Of a DNA stretch of 64,000 nucleotides, positions 1-7,072 are shown piece by piece. Within the stretch, counting starts at the first letter, position 1. Every line of letters begins with the position of its first letter. Origin of the DNA: Eubacteriales bacterium (GTDB lineage Bacteria; Bacillota; Clostridia; Oscillospirales; CAG-382); contig JAZUKE010000085.1 in NCBI GenBank assembly GCA_045643125.1, positions 8,992 to 72,991 on the forward strand. Reading direction: 5' to 3'. A model generated the notes under the pieces. That model ran no database searches. It was not told the origin of the DNA and worked only from the letters and a program-made list of their open reading frames with translations. Made by a program: the position numbers and the translations under genes.

Positions 1-219
1 GAAGTGCAGAAGCGTGAAGCCCCGACGGTGAACGAAATGGATCTCGACTTCACCCTGCACATCCGTCTGCTTTCCGCCGCATACCCCGGGCTTTATTACG
101 AAGTGGTCTTCTGGCGCGACACCAACGGTATGAACTATCTTTACGATATGGAACACGGAAATTCCTATTTCTGTCCGGAGCCGCTCACATACTATTTCTG
201 GGGAGGGCTTACCGAGTGA
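1..219 (+). CDS. 3' end of an unidentified gene entering from the left edge
   Basis: The frame is open from base 1 to TGA at 217-219. The stop overlaps the GTG start of the next gene (GTGA). I recognise no motif. Confidence 0.4.
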   Translation, partial: EVQKREAPTVNEMDLDFTLHIRLLSAAYPGLYYEVVFWRDTNGMNYLYDMEHGNSYFCPEPLTYYFWGGLTE

Positions 220-647
220 CGGTACGCAGAATAAAAGACGACGAAACACTTTCGGCGTCAAAACTCGAAAAAGAATGTCTTTTCTGTCCGTGGAGCAAAA
301 GCGAGATAGATTCATTCATAAAAAACGAACACTCCGTCTATCTTGTCGCCGAAAAGGACGGCGTGATAGCGGGAATATGCAGCGCGACGGTCGGTGCGGG
401 CGAATGCAGCATCGACAATATCGCCGTCGGCAAGGAATACAGACGAAGCGGCATCGCGTCCGCGCTTATCGAATCCCTTTTTGATTTTTCAAGGCGGAAC
501 GGATGCGATGAAGCGTACCTCGAAGTCGCCGAAGACAACGAAAACGCAATAGCTTTATATAAAAAATACGGATTTTTCACGGTAGGCAGGCGACCGCACT
601 TTTACGGCAATACCGACGCCCTGCTTATGAAATCGGAGGAAATATGA
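216..647 (+). CDS. rimI: Ribosomal-protein-alanine N-acetyltransferase (RimI-type GNAT)
   Basis: 143-aa GNAT core (IAVGKEYRRSGIASALI ... AIALYKKYGF). The stop overlaps the tsaD start, which is the classic rimI-tsaD pairing. Confidence 0.8.
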   Translation: MTVRRIKDDETLSASKLEKECLFCPWSKSEIDSFIKNEHSVYLVAEKDGVIAGICSATVGAGECSIDNIAVGKEYRRSGIASALIESLFDFSRRNGCDEAYLEVAEDNENAIALYKKYGFFTVGRRPHFYGNTDALLMKSEEI

Positions 648-1654
648 TAATACTCGGAATAGAATCAAGCTGCGACGAGACCGCGGCTTCAATAGTAAAA
701 GACGGCAGAGAGCTTGTTTCAAGTGTCGTCGCCACGCAGATCGCCGTCCACGCGCTTTACGGCGGTGTCGTCCCGGAGATCGCGTCGAGAGCGCATTGCG
801 AAGCGATAACCGGTGTGGTAAACGAAGCGCTCGCCAAAGCGAATATGACGCTCGGCGACGTCGATGCGATAGCCGTCACCTACGCTCCCGGACTTATCGG
901 AGCGCTGCTCACGGGGCTTTCGTTTGCAAAAGGACTTGCCTATTCTTCGGGCAAGCCGCTCATTCCCGTTCATCACATACGCGGACACGTTGCCGCGAAT
1001 TATCTCGTACATCCCGATCTTGAGCCGCCGTTCTACTGCCTTGTCGTTTCCGGCGGACACACATCGCTTATGAAAGCGGAATCGTACACCGACTACCGCC
1101 TTATCGGTCACGCACGCGACGACGCCGCAGGCGAAGCGTTCGACAAAGCCGCCCGTATGCTCGGGCTTCCCTATCCCGGAGGCGCGGCAATGGACAAACT
1201 GGCATCTATCGGCAACCCCGACGCGATAAAATTCACTCCCGCTACCGTACACGATCACGAATACGACTTCTCTTTTTCGGGGCTGAAAACGGCTGTAATA
1301 AACTACGTTCACACGAACGAAGCGCGCGGCATCACGCTTGACGACACGCAGAAAGCCGACCTTGCCGCGTCGTTCACAAAAACTCTCGTAAACACGATCT
1401 CGTCCCGGCTTGAAAAGCTCATCACGACCGGCGAAAAGCTCCCCGTCGTCCTTGCAGGCGGCGTGGCGGCAAACTCGCATCTCCGCAAAGCGGTTGTCGA
1501 TCTTTGCGAAAAACACGGCGTAAAATCGTACATTCCTCCGCTTTCCCTTTGCGGCGACAACGCCGCGATGATAGCGTCGCAGGGATATTACGAATACCTT
1601 TCCGGCTCTGTCGCGCCGCTTGACCTGAACGCTTACGCCACCAAAGAAGTATAA
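644..1654 (+). CDS. tsaD: tRNA N6-adenosine threonylcarbamoyltransferase TsaD (Gcp/Kae1 family)
   Basis: 336 aa. N-terminus MIILGIESSCDETAASIV, metal site VHHIRGH, and GGVAANS near the C-terminus. Confidence 0.95.
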   Translation: MIILGIESSCDETAASIVKDGRELVSSVVATQIAVHALYGGVVPEIASRAHCEAITGVVNEALAKANMTLGDVDAIAVTYAPGLIGALLTGLSFAKGLAYSSGKPLIPVHHIRGHVAANYLVHPDLEPPFYCLVVSGGHTSLMKAESYTDYRLIGHARDDAAGEAFDKAARMLGLPYPGGAAMDKLASIGNPDAIKFTPATVHDHEYDFSFSGLKTAVINYVHTNEARGITLDDTQKADLAASFTKTLVNTISSRLEKLITTGEKLPVVLAGGVAANSHLRKAVVDLCEKHGVKSYIPPLSLCGDNAAMIASQGYYEYLSGSVAPLDLNAYATKEV

Positions 1655-1664
1655 AAAAATAAAA

Positions 1665-1688
1665 TTTGAGGCGGATCGCCGCCTCAAA
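1665..1688 (+). terminator. Stem-loop after tsaD (weak or bidirectional terminator candidate)
   Basis: TTTGAGGCGG-atcg-CCGCCTCAAA, a 10-bp stem. The A-tract lies upstream rather than a T-tract downstream, so function on the + strand is uncertain. Confidence 0.35.
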
Positions 1689-1718
1689 ATACGATGATTC
1701 TTATATAGCCGTCCGCAC

Positions 1719-1875
1719 AGTGGACAACTCACGGGAGTTTTACACAATTTACATAATCTGCCCCTCTGCTATGTGGATAACCGTGTGGATTTGTGGAAAA
1801 CCGAGTCGAATTTTGCCGAAAAGCCTTGAAATCACGTCATCGGGGTGTGGATAACTATGTGGAAAGTGTGGATAA
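1719..1875 (+). promoter_or_regulatory. DnaA-box cluster (3 perfect plus 4 degenerate boxes, all in the same orientation)
   Basis: TGTGGATAA (reverse complement of TTATCCACA) is perfect at 1772-1780, 1846-1854 and 1867-1875. There is a 1-mismatch box at 1792-1800. There are 2-mismatch boxes at 1719-1727, 1784-1792 and 1858-1866. Confidence 0.65.
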
Positions 1876-1929
1876 AATAATTTCGATAATGCGGATTATC
1901 GGTGCGATTATGTAAACCGGAGGGTAAGA

Positions 1930-2192
1930 GTTTTCAGTTTTCAGTCTTCAGTTTTCAGTAGGGGACGGCGTCCTCGACGTCCCGATTACTAATTCACGAA
2001 ACAAATTTCAAATTATCGAAATTATTTCACGCTTTCGCGTGAAATAATCACCTCAATGTGCGAAGCACATATCATATCGCGCAAGCGATATATCATACGC
2101 CTCAAGGCGTATATCATATTGCCATAAGGCAATATATCATTTCGCGTAAGCGATAAGGGCGTATATCATATTGCCATAAGGCAATATATCAT
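1930..2192. repeat. Composite intergenic repeat: (GTTTTCA)x4 array plus a train of short hairpins separated by ATATCAT
   Basis: The heptamer array is at 1930-1957. It is followed by the hairpins TTATTTCACGC/GCGTGAAATAA, TGTGC-gaa-GCACA, ATATCGC-gcaa-GCGATAT, ATACGCC-tcaa-GGCGTAT and ATATTGCC-ataa-GGCAATAT (the last occurs twice). The same architecture recurs at 56550-56780 and partly at 4876-4979. Confidence 0.8.
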
Positions 2193-2194
2193 TT

Positions 2195-2881
2195 TTAAAT
2201 CTCATCGCCCGCAATGAATCTGATCGCCCTTTCTACCGAGTCTTTCGAGTTTCCCCAAGGGACGTCGTGATAGTTATAGTCGAACTTTTTGCAGAACAGA
2301 CTGATATCGTCGTAAAGCGAATTTATATACTCTGTCACGATACCTTCGGCTGCCTTGCAAAGCTCGGGATACCAGCGCTTTGAATTGACCTTTTTGGAAA
2401 ACAGAAGCAGTTTTTTATAGTGCGGCAGGCAGAAATATTTTTGCGACGCGAACTTGTTCCGGAACTCGTTTTCTTCTTCAAAAAGACCGCAGGCGGTCTC
2501 GAACATTTTGTCGTAATGACCTTCGATGCGTCCGCAGACGTAGCAGTCGTGTTCGAGCTTTTCTATCCGTTTTACCGGCTTCGCCGCGGGATCGCCCGAA
2601 AGAAAGCCGCCCGGCTTTATATCCTTGCGAAGCTCGTCAAGGTGCGTCTGTATCGTCAGCGCAAGCGGAAGCCGCGTTTTGGACTCGAACATCATATCAA
2701 AGTGCCTGCGGCAGAATCCAAGCTCGTTGGTCTTTATCCTTACGTCCGGCTCCATCATCGAAGCGCCGGTGATAAGGTCTATCTCGTTTTTTTCGAGCTG
2801 TTTATAAAGCAGGCAGAACGGACATTCGTCATTCTGCTCGAACGCCTGATTCACGGGAATGGTATATATCCTTTCGTGCAT
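2195..2881 (-). CDS. Cys-motif protein of unknown function (possibly DUF6062-like)
   Basis: 228 aa with CPFC, CYVCG and further Cys/His motifs. Clean ORF with coding-like composition. The family assignment is from memory only. Confidence 0.6.
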   Translation of the reverse strand: MHERIYTIPVNQAFEQNDECPFCLLYKQLEKNEIDLITGASMMEPDVRIKTNELGFCRRHFDMMFESKTRLPLALTIQTHLDELRKDIKPGGFLSGDPAAKPVKRIEKLEHDCYVCGRIEGHYDKMFETACGLFEEENEFRNKFASQKYFCLPHYKKLLLFSKKVNSKRWYPELCKAAEGIVTEYINSLYDDISLFCKKFDYNYHDVPWGNSKDSVERAIRFIAGDEI

Positions 2882-2928
2882 TTTTCTTCACCTCGGTGAC
2901 ATTATAACACAAACAAGGTAAAATTACA

Positions 2929-3795
2929 ATGGTATTTTTTGAAGGCAGCAACACATACATAGAAAAAGACGGTCTTTTTGACATAACGAAGACCTTTGAC
3001 TGCGGTCAGTGCTTCCGCTTTGAAAACGAAAACGGCGTCATCACCGGCATCGCCCACGGCAGAAAGCTCTGCGTGAGGGAGGACGAAAAGTACGTCATCC
3101 TCGAAAACGTGAGTGAAGACGAATTTGATTCCGTGTGGAAGACCTATTTTGACCTCGACCGCGACTACGGCGGCATCAACTCGTTTCTGAGCCGCGACAG
3201 CGAAGTGAAAGACTGTCTGAACTACGCAAAAGGCATACGCATACTCCGTCAGGACAAATGGGAAACGCTCTGCTCGTTCATCATATCGCAGAACAACAAC
3301 ATCCCGAGGATAAAAAAGATAGTGTCGTCTCTCTGCACCAACTTCGGCGCTCCGACCGACGGCGGCTTCGCCTTCCCCGACGCAAAGACGGTGCTTGACG
3401 CCGGCGTTGACGGTCTTGCCGTGATACGCAGCGGTTTTCGGGCAAAGTACATCATCGACGCCGCCGAAAAGGTCGTGTCGGGGGACGTTGACCTCGAAAA
3501 GCTCGCGGCTTTGTCCTACGACGAAGCAAAAGAGATACTTATGACGATAAAAGGCGTCGGAAACAAGGTCGCCGACTGCGTGCTTCTGTTCGGCTACGGA
3601 TTTTTCGATGCGTTCCCCAAAGACGTATGGATAAAGCGCGTGATACAGAAATATTACGGCGACGGCTTCGACGAATCGGTCTTCAAGCCCTACGGCGGCA
3701 TCGCGCAGCAGTATCTGTTTTACCGCGAAAGATGGATAGAAAAAGACTCCGCACCTTTCGGCACGGAGTCCCCGACAGTGAATAACCGTCCTTAA
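2929..3795 (+). CDS. ogg: 8-oxoguanine DNA glycosylase / HhH-GPD family N-glycosylase-DNA lyase
   Basis: 288 aa. OGG-type N-terminal domain (FDCGQCFRF) and an HhH-GPD motif (LMTIKGVGNKVADCVLLFG...FPKDVWIKR). Confidence 0.85.
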   Translation: MVFFEGSNTYIEKDGLFDITKTFDCGQCFRFENENGVITGIAHGRKLCVREDEKYVILENVSEDEFDSVWKTYFDLDRDYGGINSFLSRDSEVKDCLNYAKGIRILRQDKWETLCSFIISQNNNIPRIKKIVSSLCTNFGAPTDGGFAFPDAKTVLDAGVDGLAVIRSGFRAKYIIDAAEKVVSGDVDLEKLAALSYDEAKEILMTIKGVGNKVADCVLLFGYGFFDAFPKDVWIKRVIQKYYGDGFDESVFKPYGGIAQQYLFYRERWIEKDSAPFGTESPTVNNRP

Positions 3796-3884
3796 CCGCC
3801 GCAGCAGCAAAGGATGATTATTGCGATAAGAATGATTACCCAGCAGTTATTCTGGCCTCCGAAGAACGAATCGAAGCATCCCAT
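3792..3884 (-). CDS. 30-aa Cys-rich hydrophobic micropeptide (below the ORF-track threshold)
   Basis: Hand translation gives MGCFDSFFGGQNNCWVIILIAIIILCCCGG*. A GGAGGGA Shine-Dalgarno sits 6 nt upstream of the ATG (3891-3897 on the minus strand). The sequence contains one predicted TM helix. Confidence 0.5.
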   Translation of the reverse strand: MGCFDSFFGGQNNCWVIILIAIIILCCCGG

Positions 3885-3990
3885 GTAAATTCCCTCCTTC
3901 TGTCCGGAGTATCAACCGGTTCTCTACATACTATGCAGAAACGTTATTCTGCGTCAAAACAAAAAGAAAACCAAAAAAGGAGAAAATCCA

Positions 3991-4572
3991 ATAAAACGCA
4001 TTTTAATTCTGCTGCTTGCCCTTTCCCTTGTCTTCTCGTGCGTGGCGTGCGATATAGGCAGCTTCATAGAAGTCGTCACGTCGGAGCCGGAGGACGTATC
4101 GTTTGAGCCGGTCTCGATCATAACCTATGTATCGCTTCCCGAAGAATCAAGCATTTACGAGGAATCAAGTCTTCCCGAAGAATCGGAGGAAGAGCCGGGG
4201 ATCACCGTTGACAAAGACGGAGCTTATTACGATCTTGAACACGTCGTCGCGTATCTTGCGACATACAAAAAACTGCCGTCGAACTACATCACCAAAGCCG
4301 AAGCACAGAAGCTCGGATGGTCGGGCGGCACAGTGGAAAGATACAAAAACGGTGCCGCGATCGGCGGAGACTATTACGGCAACTACGAAAAACGGCTTCC
4401 CACAACGAAAGGCATCAAATACACTGAATGTGACCTCGATACGAACGGCAGCAAGCCGAGAGGCGAAAAGCGGCTCATCTACTCGACGGATTGGCATTTT
4501 TATTACACCGAGGATCATTACGAAACGTTCCGTGAAGTCGTATACGAGAACGGAAAGGTGGTATTCAAATGA
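3991..4572 (+). CDS. Secreted guanyl-specific ribonuclease, barnase family
   Basis: The C-terminal 110 aa align by eye with barnase (ITKAEAQKLGWSGG..., GGDYYGNYEKRLP, RLIYSTDWHFYYTEDHYETF). The in-frame upstream sequence encodes a signal peptide (KRILILLLALSLVFSCVAC) preceded by AAGGAGA. The start codon is uncertain: ATA at 3991, whereas the track calls GTG at 4042. Confidence 0.85.
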   Translation: MKRILILLLALSLVFSCVACDIGSFIEVVTSEPEDVSFEPVSIITYVSLPEESSIYEESSLPEESEEEPGITVDKDGAYYDLEHVVAYLATYKKLPSNYITKAEAQKLGWSGGTVERYKNGAAIGGDYYGNYEKRLPTTKGIKYTECDLDTNGSKPRGEKRLIYSTDWHFYYTEDHYETFREVVYENGKVVFK

Positions 4573-4835
4573 AAAATATACTGCTCGATTTTTCGCTCGT
4601 TTTCAATAAAGCCTCCGCCCACTCCTACGTCGCGTCCAAGCTCTCGTTTCCCCGTTGGTACGGCAGGAATTTCGACGCGCTGAACGACTGTCTCTGGGAG
4701 ATCGGCGAATGTACGCTTGTGCTGCGAAACGTCGAAAAGCTGAACGAGATCGACAAAACTTTCCTTGAAGTTTTCAAGCGCAACGAAAAAGAAAATAAAA
4801 ATCTGTCCCTTGTCATACTCGACGAAGGACAGTGA
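4569..4835 (+). CDS. Barstar (barnase inhibitor)
   Basis: 88 aa. WYGRNFDALNDCLWE matches the barstar YYGENLDALWDCLTG helix. The start overlaps the RNase stop (ATGA). Confidence 0.9.
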   Translation: MKNILLDFSLVFNKASAHSYVASKLSFPRWYGRNFDALNDCLWEIGECTLVLRNVEKLNEIDKTFLEVFKRNEKENKNLSLVILDEGQ

Positions 4836-4873
4836 AAAAAGGATTTCCGTGATGTGAGCGGAAATCCTTTTTT
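4835..4873 (+). terminator. Rho-independent (bidirectional) terminator after barstar
   Basis: AAAAAAGGATTTCCG-(9 nt)-CGGAAATCCTTTTTT. Confidence 0.8.
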
Positions 4874-4875
4874 GA

Positions 4876-4979
4876 GTTTTCGGTTTTCAGTTTTCAGTTT
4901 TCAGTTTTCACCTGCAAATTATTTCACGGCTTGCCGTGAAAATAATTACCTTAATTTGTCATTTGCAATTTGTCATTTG
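4876..4979. repeat. Truncated copy of the heptamer/hairpin repeat family
   Basis: GTTTTCG plus (GTTTTCA)x4 at 4876-4910, then the hairpin ATTATTTCACGG-cttg-CCGTGAAAATAAT, then the CCTTAATTTGTC ATTTGCA ATTTGTC ATTTGTC heptamers. Confidence 0.75.
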
Positions 4980-5675
4980 TCATTCGTTTGTCCGCTTTTT
5001 CTTTGCAAATATTATTCTCACCGAGTCGTAAAGGGGTTCGTGCGTTATCTTATCCGCGTCGAAGCGCATCGTGCGGAACGCAAACTGCATAACCGGCCCC
5101 GCGCCGAACGCGCAGACGAGCGTGCCGACACCGACTTTGCCGCCGAGCAGCCATCCGATGAACGTGGCAAGGCTGAGCAGTCCTATGCTGATAACGCCTA
5201 TGGGAATCTTTGAAAGTCTCTTTTTAAGCCCGACAAGCAGCGTGTCACGCGGGCCGCAGCCGAGAGCGGCATTCATATAGAAATACTGCGTGTAGCCGAG
5301 TATGAACAACCCTACGACGAGCATAACGATACTTCCCGCCATATTCTTCGGCACCGGGACGACGTTCAGCCACTCGAAGAAATCCACCGCTTTGCCGACG
5401 GTCACCGCGTCGATGAACATAGCGATGCCGATGGGCTCGCGCATAATCACGTCGATAAGAACTATCAGCGCCGAAACGGCTATCGAAGCGTTGCCGTAGA
5501 CGATGCCGAGCGTCTTGGAAAGACCGAGGTTGAATACGTCCCACGGAGCGGCGCCGACCGACGCGTGTATCGTGAGGTAAACGCCGAAGCCGTTGACGAA
5601 AAGCGAAATGAACGCTATGCACATATTCGTGAAGATACCCCGACGGGTATCGTTTTTTATTGCTTTTATTCTCAT
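4980..5675 (-). CDS. YczE/YitT-like integral membrane protein
   Basis: About 231 aa and polytopic (GFGVYLTIHASVGAAPWDVFNLGLS, GCGPRDTLLVGL). I take the start at the second Met (MRIKAIK). Confidence 0.7.
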   Translation of the reverse strand: MRIKAIKNDTRRGIFTNMCIAFISLFVNGFGVYLTIHASVGAAPWDVFNLGLSKTLGIVYGNASIAVSALIVLIDVIMREPIGIAMFIDAVTVGKAVDFFEWLNVVPVPKNMAGSIVMLVVGLFILGYTQYFYMNAALGCGPRDTLLVGLKKRLSKIPIGVISIGLLSLATFIGWLLGGKVGVGTLVCAFGAGPVMQFAFRTMRFDADKITHEPLYDSVRIIFAKKKRTNE

Positions 5676-5836
5676 AAACAAACCGTCCGACAATATTCTT
5701 ACAACGATTATTTGTAGCAGATGCGAACGGTTTTGTCAATAGAAAAAGAAAGGAAAAATATAATAAAAATATCTTGATTTTCTTTTTTCGGTGTGATATA
5801 ACACTCTCGAAAATCCAATATAAAGAAGGAATATTA

Positions 5837-6919
5837 ATGAGCAGAGTGCTTGTACCCGATTATTTTGAGCGGTTCGTATGCAAATGCGGCATCTGCCGTC
5901 ACCCGTGCTGCGACGGCTGGGGCATCAACGTGAGCAAAGCGGAATATTTTTCGCTCATCGGTCTTGACTGCACCGAAAAACTGCGTCACCGCATAGACGA
6001 CGCCTTTGTGGTGTCGGACTTCCCCACCGATGAATCCTACGCTTCGATACAGCCGAATTTTCTTGAACAATGTCCGATGCTCGACGAAGACGGACTTTGT
6101 ATGCTTCAAAAGGAAAAGGGTGAGCATCTGCTGCCGCTTATATGCCGCGTATATCCGCGAGGCGTGAAAAAGTACGGCGAAAATCACGAGATATGTATGT
6201 CGTGCAGCTGCGAAGAGACGGTGGAACTGCTTATGCAAAGCACGAAGCCGCTGCTCCCGCACGAAACGACGGTGGATCTGCCGTTTGATGGGCTTGAAGT
6301 CTACGGCGACGAGCCGGAAAAAGACGCTCTTCGCCACAAATGCGTGTTAATAATGTCCGAGCCGGGCGAAAGCATAACGGAACGCCTTGAAAAGATCGGG
6401 TTGCTTTGCGGCGGCAATCCGCAGGAAGAAGCGGAAAGCCGAAAGCAGTCGCTTGTTTCGGTAAAGCATTTTATCGAAATACTTTGCAGACGCAGCAAGA
6501 GCATAAGAGAATACGGTGAAAAAGTGCTGTCCTTCCTCGACTGCGGCGAAGACGAGATGATGCTCCGTTTCGACGAAGCGGAAGAGCATCTTTACAAAGT
6601 GATCCCGAAGGTCGAAGCCTACGCGGGCAGGATAATCGCCAATCATCTGATATACGAGAGTTTCCCCTACGTTGACGGCTGTGAAACGCCCGATTCGGCG
6701 TTTGCCGCGTTCTGCACGGCGGTCGCCCTGCTCAAGGTGATGTGCGTCTGCGGTATGGCGGACACCGACGACATCGACGTTTTTACGGATATCCTGTCAT
6801 TTGCCAACAGATTTATCGAACATTCCGACTATTACAGAACGTGCAGCCGCCTCTCGCACCCCGAAGGGATGAAGACGTTTGCGCTTTTTAAGCCGATACT
6901 TGAAAAGAATGACAAATGA
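5837..6919 (+). CDS. FliB-family Cys-rich protein (flagellin lysine-N-methylase-like)
   Basis: The N-terminus PDYFERFVCKCGICRHPCCDGWGINV fits the CxxxCxxxCC-GW signature. I take the start at ATG 5837 (after AAGAAGGA), not at 5774. No flagellar genes are nearby. Confidence 0.55.
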   Translation: MSRVLVPDYFERFVCKCGICRHPCCDGWGINVSKAEYFSLIGLDCTEKLRHRIDDAFVVSDFPTDESYASIQPNFLEQCPMLDEDGLCMLQKEKGEHLLPLICRVYPRGVKKYGENHEICMSCSCEETVELLMQSTKPLLPHETTVDLPFDGLEVYGDEPEKDALRHKCVLIMSEPGESITERLEKIGLLCGGNPQEEAESRKQSLVSVKHFIEILCRRSKSIREYGEKVLSFLDCGEDEMMLRFDEAEEHLYKVIPKVEAYAGRIIANHLIYESFPYVDGCETPDSAFAAFCTAVALLKVMCVCGMADTDDIDVFTDILSFANRFIEHSDYYRTCSRLSHPEGMKTFALFKPILEKNDK

Positions 6920-7072
6920 CAAATTACAAATGATAAATTGCAAATAGAGATGGGATTTTTGCGCAAAAACGCCAAAATCCTTCTTAATTTATAATAATAA
7001 TTGAAAAGGATTTTCGGGTTTTTGCCCCGAAAATCCTTTCCTTAATTTGGCATTTGCAATTTGCAATTTATC
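6910..7072. repeat. Inverted heptamer arrays flanking a strong bidirectional terminator hairpin
   Basis: Left array, 6910-6944: TGACAAA TGACAAA TTACAAA TGATAAA TTGCAAA. Central hairpin, 7003-7040: GAAAAGGATTTTCGGG-tttttgc-CCCGAAAATCCTTTC. Right array in inverted orientation, 7045-7072: ATTTGGC ATTTGCA ATTTGCA ATTTATC. Confidence 0.8.

Noticed and set aside
719-1747. 342-aa minus-strand ORF opposite tsaD. The same pattern occurs at 2902-3810, 9836-11569, 27886-29598, 33325-34311, 35734-37410, 38861-40144, 40702-41973 and 57762-58538.
   Set aside because: Each is antisense to a gene with clear family motifs. The translations are Arg/Val/Phe-rich and low in complexity, with no motifs. These are typical shadow ORFs of GC3-biased genes.
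1666-1854. 62-aa ORF in the tsaD-downstream region.
   Set aside because: It is made up largely of the DnaA boxes (the TGTGGATAA repeats read as MWITVWICG). There is no RBS. I interpret the region as a protein-binding site cluster.
1719-1875. The DnaA-box cluster as the chromosomal origin (oriC).
   Set aside because: There is no dnaA, dnaN or rpmH nearby and no obvious AT-rich unwinding element or DnaA-trio next to the boxes. A secondary DnaA-binding cluster is more likely. This cannot be excluded without GC-skew data.
1930-2192. The heptamer arrays and hairpin trains as CRISPR arrays.
   Set aside because: The repeat units are 7 bp or are short palindromes with a 7-nt constant spacer. There are no unique 25-40-bp spacers and no cas genes in the window.
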